Source: Candidatus Xenobia bacterium (GTDB lineage Bacteria > Vulcanimicrobiota > Xenobia > Xenobiales > QWHO01). From it: a DNA stretch of 48,336 nt. Both the position numbers and the translations under genes were made by a program. The notes under the pieces were generated by a model. That model ran no database searches and was not told where the DNA came from. It was given only the letters and a program-made list of their open reading frames with translations. Shown here in pieces: positions 28,165 through 38,283 of this stretch. The stretch lies in assembly GCA_045863235.1 (NCBI GenBank), contig BTUM01000060.1, positions 1 through 48,336 on the forward strand. Reading direction: 5' to 3'. The first letter of the stretch is position 1. Each line of letters starts with the position of its first letter.

Positions 28165-29247
28165 ATGCAACGGATTTTACTGACCAGAGACTGGCCCGGG
28201 CTGCTGGCAGCCATCGAGGCCGAAGGCTACCAGCTGGTGGGCCCTGCGCTCAAGGACGGCGCCATCGTGATGCAGGAGCTGTCTTCTGACGAGGAGCTGC
28301 CCCGCGGCTGGACCGACCAGCAGGCGCCGGGCACGTACCGCCTGAGCAACGGAGGCACGAAGCTGTTTGACTACGGACCCGGTCCGGGCTCTTTCAAGCG
28401 TTTCTTCCACCCTCCCGAAGTCAGTCTCTTTCGGGTTCGCAAGAGCGCCGACGGGCTGGTCTTCGAGAGCTCGCCCGGCCCGGCTCGCCCCTACGCGCTG
28501 GTGGGCGCGCGCTCGTGCGATCTGGCCGCTATCGCCGTCCAGGACCGGGTCCTGCTCGAGCAAGACGAGGTCTATCGGCGCAATCGTCAGGACCTGTTCG
28601 TGCTGGCGGTGCAGTGCAGCCGGGCCGGGGATCTGTGCTTCTGCACCTCGACCGGCTCGGGGCCAAAGGCCGAGAAGGGATATGACCTGGCCCTCACCGA
28701 GCTGCCCCAGGGCATGTTGCTCGAGGTGGGCTCGGAGGTGGGCCGCCGCGTGCTGGCCCGCGTTCCGACCCGGGCCGCTTCTCAGACCGATCTCGAGGAT
28801 GCCGGCCGCGTCTGGCAGGCCACCGCCCAGAGCATGCCCAGGCGCTTTGACGCCCAGAAAGTGCGCCGACGCCTGGTCGAAGTGCCCGAGCACCCGCGCT
28901 GGAAGGAGGTGGCCGATCGCTGCCTGACCTGCGGCAACTGCACCCAGGTCTGCCCTACCTGTTTTTGCAGCAGCACCGTCGACTCGAGCAGCCTCGATGG
29001 CCAGCAAGCCGAGCGCACGCGGCTCTGGGACTCGTGCTTCTCGCTCGAGCTGAGCCACATCCACGGACTGAACGTGCGCCAGAGCCCCCGGTCTCGCTAT
29101 CGCCAGTGGCTCACCCACAAGCTTTCCACCTGGTTCGAGCAGTTCGGTACCAGCGGGTGCGTGGGCTGTGGACGTTGCGTGGCCTGGTGCCCGGTGGGGA
29201 TCGACATCTTGGAAGAGGCGGAGGCGCTTTGTGAGCCATCTATCTGA
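28165..29247 (+). CDS. Group 3b [NiFe]-hydrogenase (sulfhydrogenase) beta subunit, 4Fe-4S
   Basis: [45 protein letters not shown]. Start is 28165 (alternative 28156). Confidence 0.93.
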   Translation: MQRILLTRDWPGLLAAIEAEGYQLVGPALKDGAIVMQELSSDEELPRGWTDQQAPGTYRLSNGGTKLFDYGPGPGSFKRFFHPPEVSLFRVRKSADGLVFESSPGPARPYALVGARSCDLAAIAVQDRVLLEQDEVYRRNRQDLFVLAVQCSRAGDLCFCTSTGSGPKAEKGYDLALTELPQGMLLEVGSEVGRRVLARVPTRAASQTDLEDAGRVWQATAQSMPRRFDAQKVRRRLVEVPEHPRWKEVADRCLTCGNCTQVCPTCFCSSTVDSSSLDGQQAERTRLWDSCFSLELSHIHGLNVRQSPRSRYRQWLTHKLSTWFEQFGTSGCVGCGRCVAWCPVGIDILEEAEALCEPSI

Positions 29248-29665
29248 GCATCCATTCTGTCACAATCTGAGCTCGGCCCAGATCAAGGCCCTGGAGGCCA
29301 TCGCCGAGCCGGCTTCCTATGAGCCGGACGACTTCTTGCTGCGGGCGGGCCACGAGGCCGACCGGGTCTTTTTGATCTGGGGAGGGCACGTGGCCCTGGA
29401 GATCAACGGGCGCATCTTGCAGACGCTGGGCCCGGGAGACATCGTGGGGATCAGCTGGCTCGAGCCCCCCTTCCGCTGGAAGTTCGACGCCCGGGCGGTG
29501 GAGCGAACCCGCACCGTCCGCCTGGAATCCGAGCCGCTGCGGGAGATGCTCGGGCGCGACGAGGCCATGGCCAGCCGGGTCTACCGGCAGCTCAACCGCT
29601 CACTCTCCCAGCGGCTGGAGGCGGCCCGGCTTCAGTTGCTCGACCTCTACGGAGCGCGTCGATGA
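29231..29665 (+). CDS. Cyclic nucleotide-binding domain protein within the hydrogenase operon
   Basis: GTG 29231 after [16 protein letters not shown]...[15 protein letters not shown]...WKFDARAV...RLQLLDLY. Confidence 0.85.
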   Translation: MSHLSEHPFCHNLSSAQIKALEAIAEPASYEPDDFLLRAGHEADRVFLIWGGHVALEINGRILQTLGPGDIVGISWLEPPFRWKFDARAVERTRTVRLESEPLREMLGRDEAMASRVYRQLNRSLSQRLEAARLQLLDLYGARR

Positions 29666-30468
29666 CTCCCGCCCTGTACCGAGTCAGACGCCGCCGGGTC
29701 GAGCTGGAAGACACGGTCACGCTCGAGCTCGAGGAGGCTGCCGGCCGCAGCCGGCTGGACTTTGCTCCGGGTCAGTTCACCATGCTCTACTCCTTCGGGG
29801 TGGGCGAGATCCCCATCTCCATCTCGGGCGATCCCGAGCAGAAAGATACGCTGGTCCATACCATCAGGCAGGTGGGGGCCGTGTCGGGAGCCCTGGCCGG
29901 GCTGAAGAGGGGGGCCACGCTGGGCGTGCGCGGCCCGTTCGGCAGCCCCTGGCCGGTGCAGAAGACCGGCTGCGACGTGGTGCTGGTGGCCGGAGGTATC
30001 GGCCTGGCTCCGCTGCGGCCGGCCATCTACCACCTTTTGCGCCATCGCGATCGGTATGGCCGCATCACCCTGGTTTACGGAGCCCGCACTCCCGACGTGC
30101 TGCTTTACACCCGTGAGCTGGAGCGTTGGAAGCGCTCGCTCGAGCTGCTGGTCACGGTCGATCACGCCGACAGTACCTGGCGCGGGCACGTGGGTGTGGT
30201 GACCACGCTGTTGCCCCGGGTCGAGCTCGACCCCGCGAAGGCCGTGGCCATGGTCTGCGGCCCCGAGATCATGATGCGCTTTACCGCCGAGGCGCTCTTG
30301 AAACGGGGTCTGCCGGCCTCCCAGGTCTATGTCTCGCTCGAGCGCAACATGCACTGCGCCCTGGGCACCTGCGGTCACTGCCAGCTGGGCGGCCTGCTGG
30401 TCTGCCGCGACGGCCCCGTGCTCGACTACCAGACAGTGGCCCCTCTGCTGGCCACCCGGGAGCTGTGA
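29662..30468 (+). CDS. Group 3b hydrogenase gamma subunit (FAD/NAD(P)-binding, 2Fe-2S)
   Basis: [46 protein letters not shown]. Confidence 0.94.
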   Translation: MTPALYRVRRRRVELEDTVTLELEEAAGRSRLDFAPGQFTMLYSFGVGEIPISISGDPEQKDTLVHTIRQVGAVSGALAGLKRGATLGVRGPFGSPWPVQKTGCDVVLVAGGIGLAPLRPAIYHLLRHRDRYGRITLVYGARTPDVLLYTRELERWKRSLELLVTVDHADSTWRGHVGVVTTLLPRVELDPAKAVAMVCGPEIMMRFTAEALLKRGLPASQVYVSLERNMHCALGTCGHCQLGGLLVCRDGPVLDYQTVAPLLATREL

Positions 30469-31208
30469 TGAAGCCAAAACTTGCCGTCTACAAGTTCGCC
30501 TCCTGTGACGGTTGCCAGCTCAGCCTGCTCGATTGCGAGCGCGAGCTGCTGGCGGTGGCCGAGGTGGTCGAGATCGCCAACTTCGCCGAGGCCTCGCGGC
30601 GCATCCTGAAGGGGCCCTACCAGCTGACCCTGGTGGAGGGCTCCATCACCACCCCCCACGACGCCCAGCGCGTCCACCAGATTCGGGCCGAGTCGAAGTT
30701 CCTGGTGACCATCGGAGCCTGTGCCAATGCCGGGGGAATCCAGGCCCTGCGCAACTTTGCCGACGTGGAGGAGTTCACCCGCACCGTCTATGCCCGGCCC
30801 GACTACATCAAGACCCTCGAACGCTCGAGCCCCATCGCCGAGCACGTCAAGGTGGACTTCGCTCTGCAGGGCTGTCCCATCGACAAGAAGCAGCTGCTCG
30901 AGACCATCTCCGCCTTCCTGGCCGGGCGCGCTCCCGAGATCCCGACTCACAGCGTCTGCATGGAGTGCAAGCGCCGGGGCACCATCTGCCTGATGACGGG
31001 CGCCGGCATCCCCTGTCTCGGGCCCATCACCCGGGCCGGTTGCGGAGCCCTCTGCCCATCCTACCGCCGGGGCTGCTATGGTTGCTTCGGTCCCAGCGAG
31101 TCGCCCAACACCGAAGCTTTGATGGGCCAGTTCCGCGAGCTGGGCGTGAGCGAGGGGGACATCGTGCGGGTGCTGCACACCTTCAACCCGGGAGCTTTCC
31201 AGAAATGA
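30468..31208 (+). CDS. Group 3b hydrogenase small (delta) subunit
   Basis: Start ATG 30468. [40 protein letters not shown]...CYGC. Confidence 0.94.
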   Translation: MKPKLAVYKFASCDGCQLSLLDCERELLAVAEVVEIANFAEASRRILKGPYQLTLVEGSITTPHDAQRVHQIRAESKFLVTIGACANAGGIQALRNFADVEEFTRTVYARPDYIKTLERSSPIAEHVKVDFALQGCPIDKKQLLETISAFLAGRAPEIPTHSVCMECKRRGTICLMTGAGIPCLGPITRAGCGALCPSYRRGCYGCFGPSESPNTEALMGQFRELGVSEGDIVRVLHTFNPGAFQK

Positions 31209-32500
31209 AGAAGAAGACGCGCACCCTCAAAGTGGATTACCTGGCCCGGGTGGAGGGCGAGGGAGGGCTGCACCTCAAGCTGCGCGGCGACGAGGTCGTG
31301 GATGTACAGCTGAAGATCTTCGAGCCTCCCCGGTTCTTCGAGGCCTTCATGCGGGGACGCAATTTCGGGGAAGCGCCCGACATCACCGCCCGCATCTGCG
31401 GCATCTGCCCGGTGGCCTACCAGATGAGCTCGGTGCAGGCCATGGAGCAGGCCCTGGGCGTAACCGTCACGCCCCTCATCGGCCGGCTGCGCCGGCTGCT
31501 CTACTGCGGAGAGTGGATCGAAAGCCACGTGCTGCACATCGCCATGCTCCACGCTCCCGACTTTCTGGGCTATCCCGACGCCATCGCCATGGCCCGCGAC
31601 CATCGCGACCTGGTACAGAAGGCGCTCGAGCTCAAGCGGGCCGGAAACGAGATCGTGCGGCTGGTGGGCGGGCGCGAGATCCACCCCATCAACGTCAAGG
31701 TGGGAGGCTTCTATCGCCTGCCCACCCGCGAGGAGGCGGCCGGCCTGAAGCGCGAGCTGGAGGCGGTGTTGCCGGTGGCCCGCGAGCTGGTGGCTTTTAC
31801 GGCCGGGCTCGACTTCCCCGACTTCGAGCGCGACTACGAGTTCGTGGCCCTGCGCCACGAGAGCGAGTATCCCCTGGAGCAGGGCCGACTGGCCTCCACC
31901 CGGGGCCTGGACGCCCCTGTCGCGGACTGGCCCGAGCATTTCGAGGAAGAGCACGTGGAGCATTCCAACGCCCTGCACTGTCGGCTCAAGGCCCGCGGCT
32001 CCTACCTGGTGGGCCCGCTGGCCCGCTACGCGCTCAACTTCGACCGGCTGCCCCCTCACCTGCAGGAGGCGGCCCGCCAGGCCGGCCTGGGCCCGGTCTG
32101 TCGCAACCCCTTCCAGAGCATCGTGGTGCGGGCCCTGGAGGTGCAACTGGCGGTGGAGGAGGCCCTGGCCATCCTGGAGGGCTATCGTCCGGAGGGCAGC
32201 CCGTTCGTGGCCACGCCCGCTCGGGCCGGGGTGGGCCACGGGGCCACCGAGGCTCCGCGCGGGCTGCTCTATCACCGCTACCGCCTGAACGAGGACGGCA
32301 CCATCGCCGAGGCCCACATCGTGCCTCCGACCTCGCAGAACCAGTCAGCTATCGAGGAGGACCTGCGCCGCTTCGTTCCCCCTCGCATCAGCCAGAGCGA
32401 CGCGCAGCTGACTTACAACTGCGAGCACGCCATCCGCAATTACGACCCCTGCATCTCCTGCGCGACGCACTTTCTCAAGCTGCACCTGGAGCAGGTTTGA
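31205..32500 (+). CDS. Group 3b [NiFe]-hydrogenase large (alpha) subunit
   Basis: ARVEGEG, L1 [18 protein letters not shown]2 [12 protein letters not shown] followed by a cleavable tail. Confidence 0.96.
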   Translation: MKKKTRTLKVDYLARVEGEGGLHLKLRGDEVVDVQLKIFEPPRFFEAFMRGRNFGEAPDITARICGICPVAYQMSSVQAMEQALGVTVTPLIGRLRRLLYCGEWIESHVLHIAMLHAPDFLGYPDAIAMARDHRDLVQKALELKRAGNEIVRLVGGREIHPINVKVGGFYRLPTREEAAGLKRELEAVLPVARELVAFTAGLDFPDFERDYEFVALRHESEYPLEQGRLASTRGLDAPVADWPEHFEEEHVEHSNALHCRLKARGSYLVGPLARYALNFDRLPPHLQEAARQAGLGPVCRNPFQSIVVRALEVQLAVEEALAILEGYRPEGSPFVATPARAGVGHGATEAPRGLLYHRYRLNEDGTIAEAHIVPPTSQNQSAIEEDLRRFVPPRISQSDAQLTYNCEHAIRNYDPCISCATHFLKLHLEQV

Positions 32501-32928
32501 AGGTGCTCCTGATCGGGGTGGGCAACCCCGATCGGGGCGACGACGGAGCCGGTCCGATCGTGGCCTCGCGCCTGCGTCTTCCCGAGGTGGAGGTGCGCCT
32601 GGCCCGGGGGGAGGCCACCGAGCTGCTGCAGCTTTTCAGCGGGCGCGACCGGGTCTACGTGGTCGACGCGGTGGTGTCGGGACAGGCACCCGGCACGCTC
32701 CACCGGCTCGACGGCCACGACCTGCCCGGCTTCATGCGCTCCACCTCGACCCACGGGCTGGGCCTTGCGGAGGCGGTGGAGCTTGCTCGCGTGCTGGGCT
32801 CGCTGCCCCGCGAGCTGGTGGTGCTTGGCATCGAGGCGGCCGACCTGACGCCGGGCGCGGTGCTGTCCGCGCCGGTGAGCGAGGCGGTGGATCGACTGCT
32901 GCCGGCACTGGAGAAGGAGTTGGGGTGA
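32497..32928 (+). CDS. Hydrogenase maturation protease
   Basis: TTG start overlapping the large-subunit stop. [26 protein letters not shown]. Confidence 0.92.
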   Translation: MKVLLIGVGNPDRGDDGAGPIVASRLRLPEVEVRLARGEATELLQLFSGRDRVYVVDAVVSGQAPGTLHRLDGHDLPGFMRSTSTHGLGLAEAVELARVLGSLPRELVVLGIEAADLTPGAVLSAPVSEAVDRLLPALEKELG

Positions 32929-33128
32929 GGTGGCTCACGGCGTGTTCCAGGCAGGTGGCGCGCGCATGAACCGGCGACTCGGGTGGATCACGGCGTTTCG
33001 GCATTCTCCAGCCCGCGCGGCGAGGCTTGGAAGCGGGCACCAAGAACGAAGGTTGTTAACAAAGAGTTACAAACATTTCACCCCCCCCACCTCGAAAGCG
33101 GGCCAGAAATGCCCTACAATGAAGGCGG

Positions 33129-33371
33129 ATGGACATGCCTGACGGACCGCTGCTCCCCCGCTCGTTCTGGCCGGACCCGGCTCAGCGCGAGCACGACCTG
33201 TATGCAGCCCGCTACCGGCTCGACCTGCAAGAGAAAGCCTGGAACGTCATGGTGCGCCGCTGGCCCGGAGGCACGGCCTTTGGCTCTGTTCCTCCTCCGG
33301 CCCCGACCTGGCAGCCCCCTGGACTTTCGGACCAAACGCGGGAGATCAATCCTGCAATCAAAGAAGGGTAG
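33129..33371 (+). CDS. Small protein, putative PlpY/PcpY-like splicease partner
   Basis: TACAAT -10 at 33115-33120, first gene of the cluster. LLPRxxW...ARxxLDxxEK resembles my recollection of PlpY/PcpY; not verified by alignment. Confidence 0.6.
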   Translation: MDMPDGPLLPRSFWPDPAQREHDLYAARYRLDLQEKAWNVMVRRWPGGTAFGSVPPPAPTWQPPGLSDQTREINPAIKEG

Positions 33372-33380
33372 GTAACCCCC

Positions 33381-33833
33381 ATGGCAACCGGCCCCATTGG
33401 CTACAACCCCTATGCTGGCGGCATTCAGCCCTCCGGCGGCGCCGTCCCTTCCTATGGCGTGGGGTCCTTTGGTAACCTGGGCGGGCCTCAACAGGCCGGG
33501 TTCACCAATCCTTACCAGTTCTTCAATATCCTGCAGCAGCTCATGGCCGTCATGGATCAGCTGTTGCGCGGCTGGTCGGGGTACCAGCAACCGCGTCCTC
33601 AACCTTTCCCCTTGCCCGGTCCCCCCGTGCAGGCTCTCTATGGGGTGGCCATCGGGGGCGGTCCTCCGGTGCAGGCTCTCTACGGGGTGGCCATCGGGGG
33701 CGGTCCTCCGGTGCAGGCTCTCTACGGGGTAGCCATCGGGGGCGGTCCCCCGGTGCAGGCCCTTTATGGGGTCGCTATCGGCGGTGGACCGCCGGTGCAA
33801 GCGCTCTATGGCGTAGCGCTCGGCAACGTCTGA
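33381..33833 (+). CDS. RiPP precursor with five tandem LYG-containing cores (putative spliceotide)
   Basis: G/P/Q-rich leader with one helix, then (GPPVQALYGVAIGG)x4 plus GPPVQALYGVALGNV. It ends 4 nt before the rSAM/SPASM gene. Confidence 0.88.
   Translation: MATGPIGYNPYAGGIQPSGGAVPSYGVGSFGNLGGPQQAGFTNPYQFFNILQQLMAVMDQLLRGWSGYQQPRPQPFPLPGPPVQALYGVAIGGGPPVQALYGVAIGGGPPVQALYGVAIGGGPPVQALYGVAIGGGPPVQALYGVALGNV
33618..33827 (+). repeat. Five 42-bp coding tandem repeats (precursor cores)
   Basis: Units start at 33618, 33660, 33702, 33744 and 33786. Differences are almost all synonymous. Confidence 0.95.
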
Positions 33834-33837
33834 GCCG

Positions 33838-35076
33838 GTGGCGGAAACCCAATACCGTCGGCGCACCCACACCAACGTGGTGTGGGAGATCACGCTCAAG
33901 TGCAACCTGGCCTGCAGCCATTGCGGGTCGCGCGCCGGCGAGGCCCGCTCGGACGAGCTCTCTACCGCCGAAGCCCTGGATCTCGTGCAGCAGCTCAAAG
34001 AGGTGGGAATCCGTGAAGTCACGCTGATCGGCGGAGAGGCATTCCTTCGAGCGGACTGGCTCGACATCGCCCGCGCGGTGACCGAGGCCGGGATGATCTG
34101 CACGATGACCACCGGGGGATACGGCATCAATGCCTCCACGGCAGCGCGCATGCGCGAGGCGGGGATCGTCAGCGTCTCGGTCTCGGTGGACGGGCTGGAG
34201 TCGACCCACGATGGCCTCAGAGGTCGAAAGGGCTCCTGGAGGTTCTGCCTCGAGACCATGGGCCACCTCGAGAAGGCCGGCATCACAGTCGGCAACAACA
34301 CCCAGATCAATCGCCTCTCGGCCGTCGAGCTGCCACGCCTCTACCAGGTTCTGCGCGACCACGGCATGAAGGGCTGGCAGATCCAGATGACCGTGCCCAT
34401 GGGCAACGCGGCCGACAACGCGAGCATCCTGATGCAGCCGGCCGAGTTGCTCGACCTCTACCCCATGCTGGCCCGCATCGTCAAGCGTGCCTACGCCGAC
34501 GGGGTGCTGGTCAGCACGGGGAACAACATCGGCTATTTCGGGCCTTACGAGCGACTCTTCCGGGGCGGGGGAAAGCCTCAGGAGTGGATTTTCTGGCAGG
34601 GCTGCCAGGCGGGCCTCGCGGTGCTGGGCATCGAGGCCGATGGGGCCATCAAGGGCTGTCCCTCGCTGCCCACCACGGCTTACACCGGTGGCAACATTCG
34701 CCAGCGGAGCCTGCGCGACATCGTGGCCAACGCGCCTGAGCTCACCATGAACCTGGACGAGTCCGTCTCCCACCTGTGGGGATTCTGCTCGACTTGCGAC
34801 TTCGCGCGGGTCTGCCGGGGTGGCTGCTCCTGGACCGCCCACGTTTTCTTTGATCGGCGCGGCAACAACCCGTACTGCCATCATCGGGCCCTGCAGCTCG
34901 CTTCGAAAGGAATTCGCGAGCGCGTCTACCGAACGGTGGCGGCACAGGGGAAACCTTTCGACAACGGCCTGTTCGAGCTGGTGGAGGAGCCCCTGGAATC
35001 GCCCTGGCCCTCGGACGACCCTCTGCGCTTTACCGCAGACCGGGTGGTCTGGCCAGAAGACTGGCAGGATGTTTGA
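33838..35076 (+). CDS. Radical SAM/SPASM peptide maturase, splicease (PlpX-like) type
   Basis: VVWEITLKCNLACSHCGSRAG (CxxxCxxC), GNNIGYFGPYE, WQGCQAG...IKGCPSL, LWGFCSTC...CRGGCSWT...GNNPYCHHRAL. Confidence 0.9.
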   Translation: MAETQYRRRTHTNVVWEITLKCNLACSHCGSRAGEARSDELSTAEALDLVQQLKEVGIREVTLIGGEAFLRADWLDIARAVTEAGMICTMTTGGYGINASTAARMREAGIVSVSVSVDGLESTHDGLRGRKGSWRFCLETMGHLEKAGITVGNNTQINRLSAVELPRLYQVLRDHGMKGWQIQMTVPMGNAADNASILMQPAELLDLYPMLARIVKRAYADGVLVSTGNNIGYFGPYERLFRGGGKPQEWIFWQGCQAGLAVLGIEADGAIKGCPSLPTTAYTGGNIRQRSLRDIVANAPELTMNLDESVSHLWGFCSTCDFARVCRGGCSWTAHVFFDRRGNNPYCHHRALQLASKGIRERVYRTVAAQGKPFDNGLFELVEEPLESPWPSDDPLRFTADRVVWPEDWQDV

Positions 35077-35360
35077 ACGTGGAACAGCAGGTCTACATGC
35101 TGGAGCTGGCTCCGGATGAGGCGCTAATCGACTCGGTGCGCCAGCACCTGGCCCTGGAGGGGGAGACCCCACAACACGTCCGGCTGGCCACCAACTCGCC
35201 CCTGACCAACCGCGGCTGGCCCGCCAGCGCCAGCGGATACCTGTTGCGCCTGGATGGGCGGGGGGCGGTGGTGGGAACCGCGGGCAACAACGCCGTGCCC
35301 CGCATGCTGGTGCCGTGGCAGAACATCGCCTATCTGGCCGAGGGGGCTCCGGAGATCTGA
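35073..35360 (+). CDS. Hypothetical 95-aa protein coupled to the maturase
   Basis: Start overlaps the rSAM stop by 4 nt. C-terminal VPWQNIAYLA. No family recognised. Confidence 0.7.
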   Translation: MNVEQQVYMLELAPDEALIDSVRQHLALEGETPQHVRLATNSPLTNRGWPASASGYLLRLDGRGAVVGTAGNNAVPRMLVPWQNIAYLAEGAPEI

Positions 35361-35595
35361 CGCGGGTCCGGGTCCTCAGCCGTTCTCGGCTGCGAGAGCC
35401 CTTTTCGTCGACTCGATCCGAGGGCGAAGCGTGCGCTGGATATGCTCGCGGTAACTCATCGCGTCGGCTGGTAGGCCAGCTCTTGTCTGAGGCATTCCCA
35501 GTAGCGGGCGGCACGGGCTAGAAATGATCCTCTCGTCGCACGTTTTTTTGCCGTTTTGTTGCTAAGCTGTTAACAGGCTCTCTTTGGAGGTTGAG

Positions 35596-37752
35596 ATGAG
35601 GCGACCAAGAGGCATCGTCCTGCTCGTGGCCATTGTTTTGTCCGTCATCCTGGCGATGTTCGTCGGGGCAGCCTTGAGTCTGGGTAGCGGTGGACTTGCC
35701 CTGGGCCAGTCGTCGATCTACCAGGCCCAGGCCCAGCAAGCGGCCGAGTCGGGAATCAGCTATGCCATCGCGCAGCTGCGCGCCGACCCGACCTGGAGGG
35801 GTAACAAGAACGCGGTCACCATCAACCAGACCGAGCTCTACGTGGTGGAGGACCAGGGCAACGTGGTGGGTCTGGTTAAGACCCCGCAAGGAACGTGGAG
35901 CCAGTTCCGCCTGCGCTTCAATTTTCAGGACGGGCCAGCCGGCGGCGATGGGTTGAACGACCCGAGCCTCACGATCAACAGCCCTTATCTGTCGGTGAAC
36001 AACCTGATCGGCTCGGGCCCTGCCAACGTGCCTCGAGCCGACGGGCCCGGTTACTCGGTCACCGCCGCCAGCCCGGTGGCCTTCCAGACCCCGGTCTGGT
36101 CGGTGTGCCTGGCCGCCGAGGGCAGGGCGGGGACGGGCTGCTCGCAGCTCTCTGCGGCCAACCCCAACGCCGTCACCGGGGGAGTGAATCGCAAGGTCAT
36201 CGAGGCCATCTATCAGATTCCCAATCTAGGACCGAACGTCGAGACGGCCGCCAGCATGGCCGGCAATGACTTTACCGTCACCCTGAGGCCGGGCGGCTCG
36301 GGAGCGGTGGAGGTCAAATCCAAGGATGCGACGACCCCGACCATCCGCTCCAAAGGCCTGGTCAGGGTCGAGAACGGTGACGCGTCGGCCAACTACAGGT
36401 CCGACCAGGGAGAGGTCAAGAGCCAGGATGGCAATCTGACCGCGGTTTACGATAGCACCAAGACCAGCGTGACCGCCGAGGCTCTCATCGACCCCTTCTA
36501 CCAACTGGCCTGGAATGAGGTGCGCAAAGCATCCTCCAGTGGCCCGAAGCTCCCGGCCGGCACCTACGTTTGGTGGCAGGACGGCTCGCTCCATTACTAC
36601 GACATGTCCTATGAGCAATATAAGACCTTCATCACCAATCCGGTCAACGCTACCAACGCCGGCATCACTCCTCCCCCTCTCCCGGCCGAAATTCAGGTGG
36701 ACACCTCCAAACGCAAGTTGATCATCACCGGAGACGTGTATGTCAACCCGACCGGGGCCACCAACGAGCTCAACCTGGTGCCCCGCCGGGGCGCTCCCGA
36801 GGCTCCTCCGGGGGATCCGGAGGCGGCCGGCTCCTCGACACCTGCGGCCCTGGCAGGAACGGTTGCCCTGGACCCGCAGAAGGTGCTCGACTATCTCGTC
36901 AACACTCAGCCCGGTTATTGGGAGATCGAGGATCAGGCCGAAGTCGGTTGGACCACCAGCGGGGGAAGCTACGCCGATTCCGACATCGTCACGGTCTTCG
37001 ATAACGGGACCTACAAGTGGGGCTTTGATCCGTCTGAGCCAGGCAGCATTGCAGATGCCATCCAGTTCACCATGGACCCGACTGCATTTCCCGGGTGGGC
37101 CTACGATGAGCCGGGTAATTCGGTGACCCCTCTGCAGGTCAGCACCGCGACAGGAGTTCCCCTGGGCGACGACAACGGGATCATCGACGTTCCTGGCGTC
37201 ACCGATAGCCTCAGCGCGGCCGATCTGGCCATCGAGTTCAAGCCAGCCGCCGGTGGCGCGGTGCTGAGCGGCGAGGGAGACATCCGCCTGACCGGCACGC
37301 TCAGCGGAGACGGCGGCTCCATCACGGCCGGCGGAGACCTTCGGGTGACCGGACTGGGAGCCACCTTCTCTTCCACCCAGGGCACCGACTCGGTGAACAT
37401 GTATGCCAAAGGGGACATCCTCTTCTCGACCCTGGACGAGAAGACGCCGGGCGTTTTCGAGTATCGAGACGTCAAGCTCAAAGGCGTCATCTACGCCCAG
37501 GGCGACTTCCGGGCCCGGCTGGGCAGCGAGTTCCTGGCTGGCGCCTGGGGCAAGCTGGACCTGGAAGGGATGCTGATCGCTTACGGGGGTGATCCGGCCG
37601 GGGCACCCGGCAGCAACCCTGGCAAAGGCAAGGTCGACCTGCGCTCAGAGGATGCAAAATTCACCTTCGACCCGGTCTACCTGGGGGCCCTGGACACCCA
37701 GCCTCCGGCCAACTTCCAGCTCAATGCCATCTCCTGGACCAACCATTTCTAA
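35596..37752 (+). CDS. Large PilX-like minor pilin/adhesin
   Basis: ATG 35596 after GGAGG. RGIVLLVAIVLSVILAMF...AQQAAESGISYAIAQL (PilX N-terminus) followed by a long beta-rich body. Confidence 0.75.
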   Translation: MRRPRGIVLLVAIVLSVILAMFVGAALSLGSGGLALGQSSIYQAQAQQAAESGISYAIAQLRADPTWRGNKNAVTINQTELYVVEDQGNVVGLVKTPQGTWSQFRLRFNFQDGPAGGDGLNDPSLTINSPYLSVNNLIGSGPANVPRADGPGYSVTAASPVAFQTPVWSVCLAAEGRAGTGCSQLSAANPNAVTGGVNRKVIEAIYQIPNLGPNVETAASMAGNDFTVTLRPGGSGAVEVKSKDATTPTIRSKGLVRVENGDASANYRSDQGEVKSQDGNLTAVYDSTKTSVTAEALIDPFYQLAWNEVRKASSSGPKLPAGTYVWWQDGSLHYYDMSYEQYKTFITNPVNATNAGITPPPLPAEIQVDTSKRKLIITGDVYVNPTGATNELNLVPRRGAPEAPPGDPEAAGSSTPAALAGTVALDPQKVLDYLVNTQPGYWEIEDQAEVGWTTSGGSYADSDIVTVFDNGTYKWGFDPSEPGSIADAIQFTMDPTAFPGWAYDEPGNSVTPLQVSTATGVPLGDDNGIIDVPGVTDSLSAADLAIEFKPAAGGAVLSGEGDIRLTGTLSGDGGSITAGGDLRVTGLGATFSSTQGTDSVNMYAKGDILFSTLDEKTPGVFEYRDVKLKGVIYAQGDFRARLGSEFLAGAWGKLDLEGMLIAYGGDPAGAPGSNPGKGKVDLRSEDAKFTFDPVYLGALDTQPPANFQLNAISWTNHF

Positions 37753-37767
37753 AGTGTTGAGCGTTAC

Positions 37768-38283
37768 GTGCTGAAGGTTTTGCCAATCCTTTGGGGGCGC
37801 TTCCAGTCGGGGCGAGGGCGCATTGCTTCAAAACCTTCCGGACGGGCGTTCACCCTGGCCGAGGTGATGCTGGCGGTCGGACTGCTTGCCCTGCTCGTGT
37901 TGACCCTGGCCGGCCTGACGCTGTCAGCCATCCGCTCCAATGAGAAAGCGGCCCGGCTGGATCCGGCCACGGAGGTTCTGGAGTCTGTCCTGGACGAGTC
38001 AGTCTACCAGGTGACCTGGGACTCACCGGCCGGGACGCGCGCTTCCTTCTGGGGCGCGGCCGGCACCTGGCAGGGCCCGCTGACGCGCACCGTGGGCGGG
38101 ACGCGCTATGAATATACTCTCTACGCGAATAACGTGCCGGGCTTTGCGGCAGGCAACCGCCTCAAGAAACTGGATATCGTGCTCTGGTGGTGGGACTCGC
38201 GCTCGAGCGGCGGAACCCGTCAGGGCTATGGCAAGATGCAACTGGAAGCGAGCCGTGTGGTGCATGAAACTCCACCGCCTTAA
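37768..38283 (+). CDS. Prepilin-type N-terminal cleavage protein (PilV-like); start uncertain
   Basis: RA|FTLAEVMLAVGLLALLVL. Confidence 0.8.
   Translation: MLKVLPILWGRFQSGRGRIASKPSGRAFTLAEVMLAVGLLALLVLTLAGLTLSAIRSNEKAARLDPATEVLESVLDESVYQVTWDSPAGTRASFWGAAGTWQGPLTRTVGGTRYEYTLYANNVPGFAAGNRLKKLDIVLWWWDSRSSGGTRQGYGKMQLEASRVVHETPPP

Noticed and set aside
30126..32496. Long N-terminal extensions on the hydrogenase delta, alpha and protease ORFs
   Set aside because: These are high-GC open frames overlapping upstream genes. The true starts are 30468, 31205 and 32497.
33618..33827. Possible CRISPR array or non-coding VNTR
   Set aside because: There are no spacers. The in-frame 14-codon units vary synonymously, so this is a coding peptide repeat.
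33114..34310. 398-aa minus-strand ORF with repeats (ESLHRRTAPDGHP)
   Set aside because: It is the antisense shadow of the precursor and rSAM. The variation is synonymous in the plus frame, not in this one.
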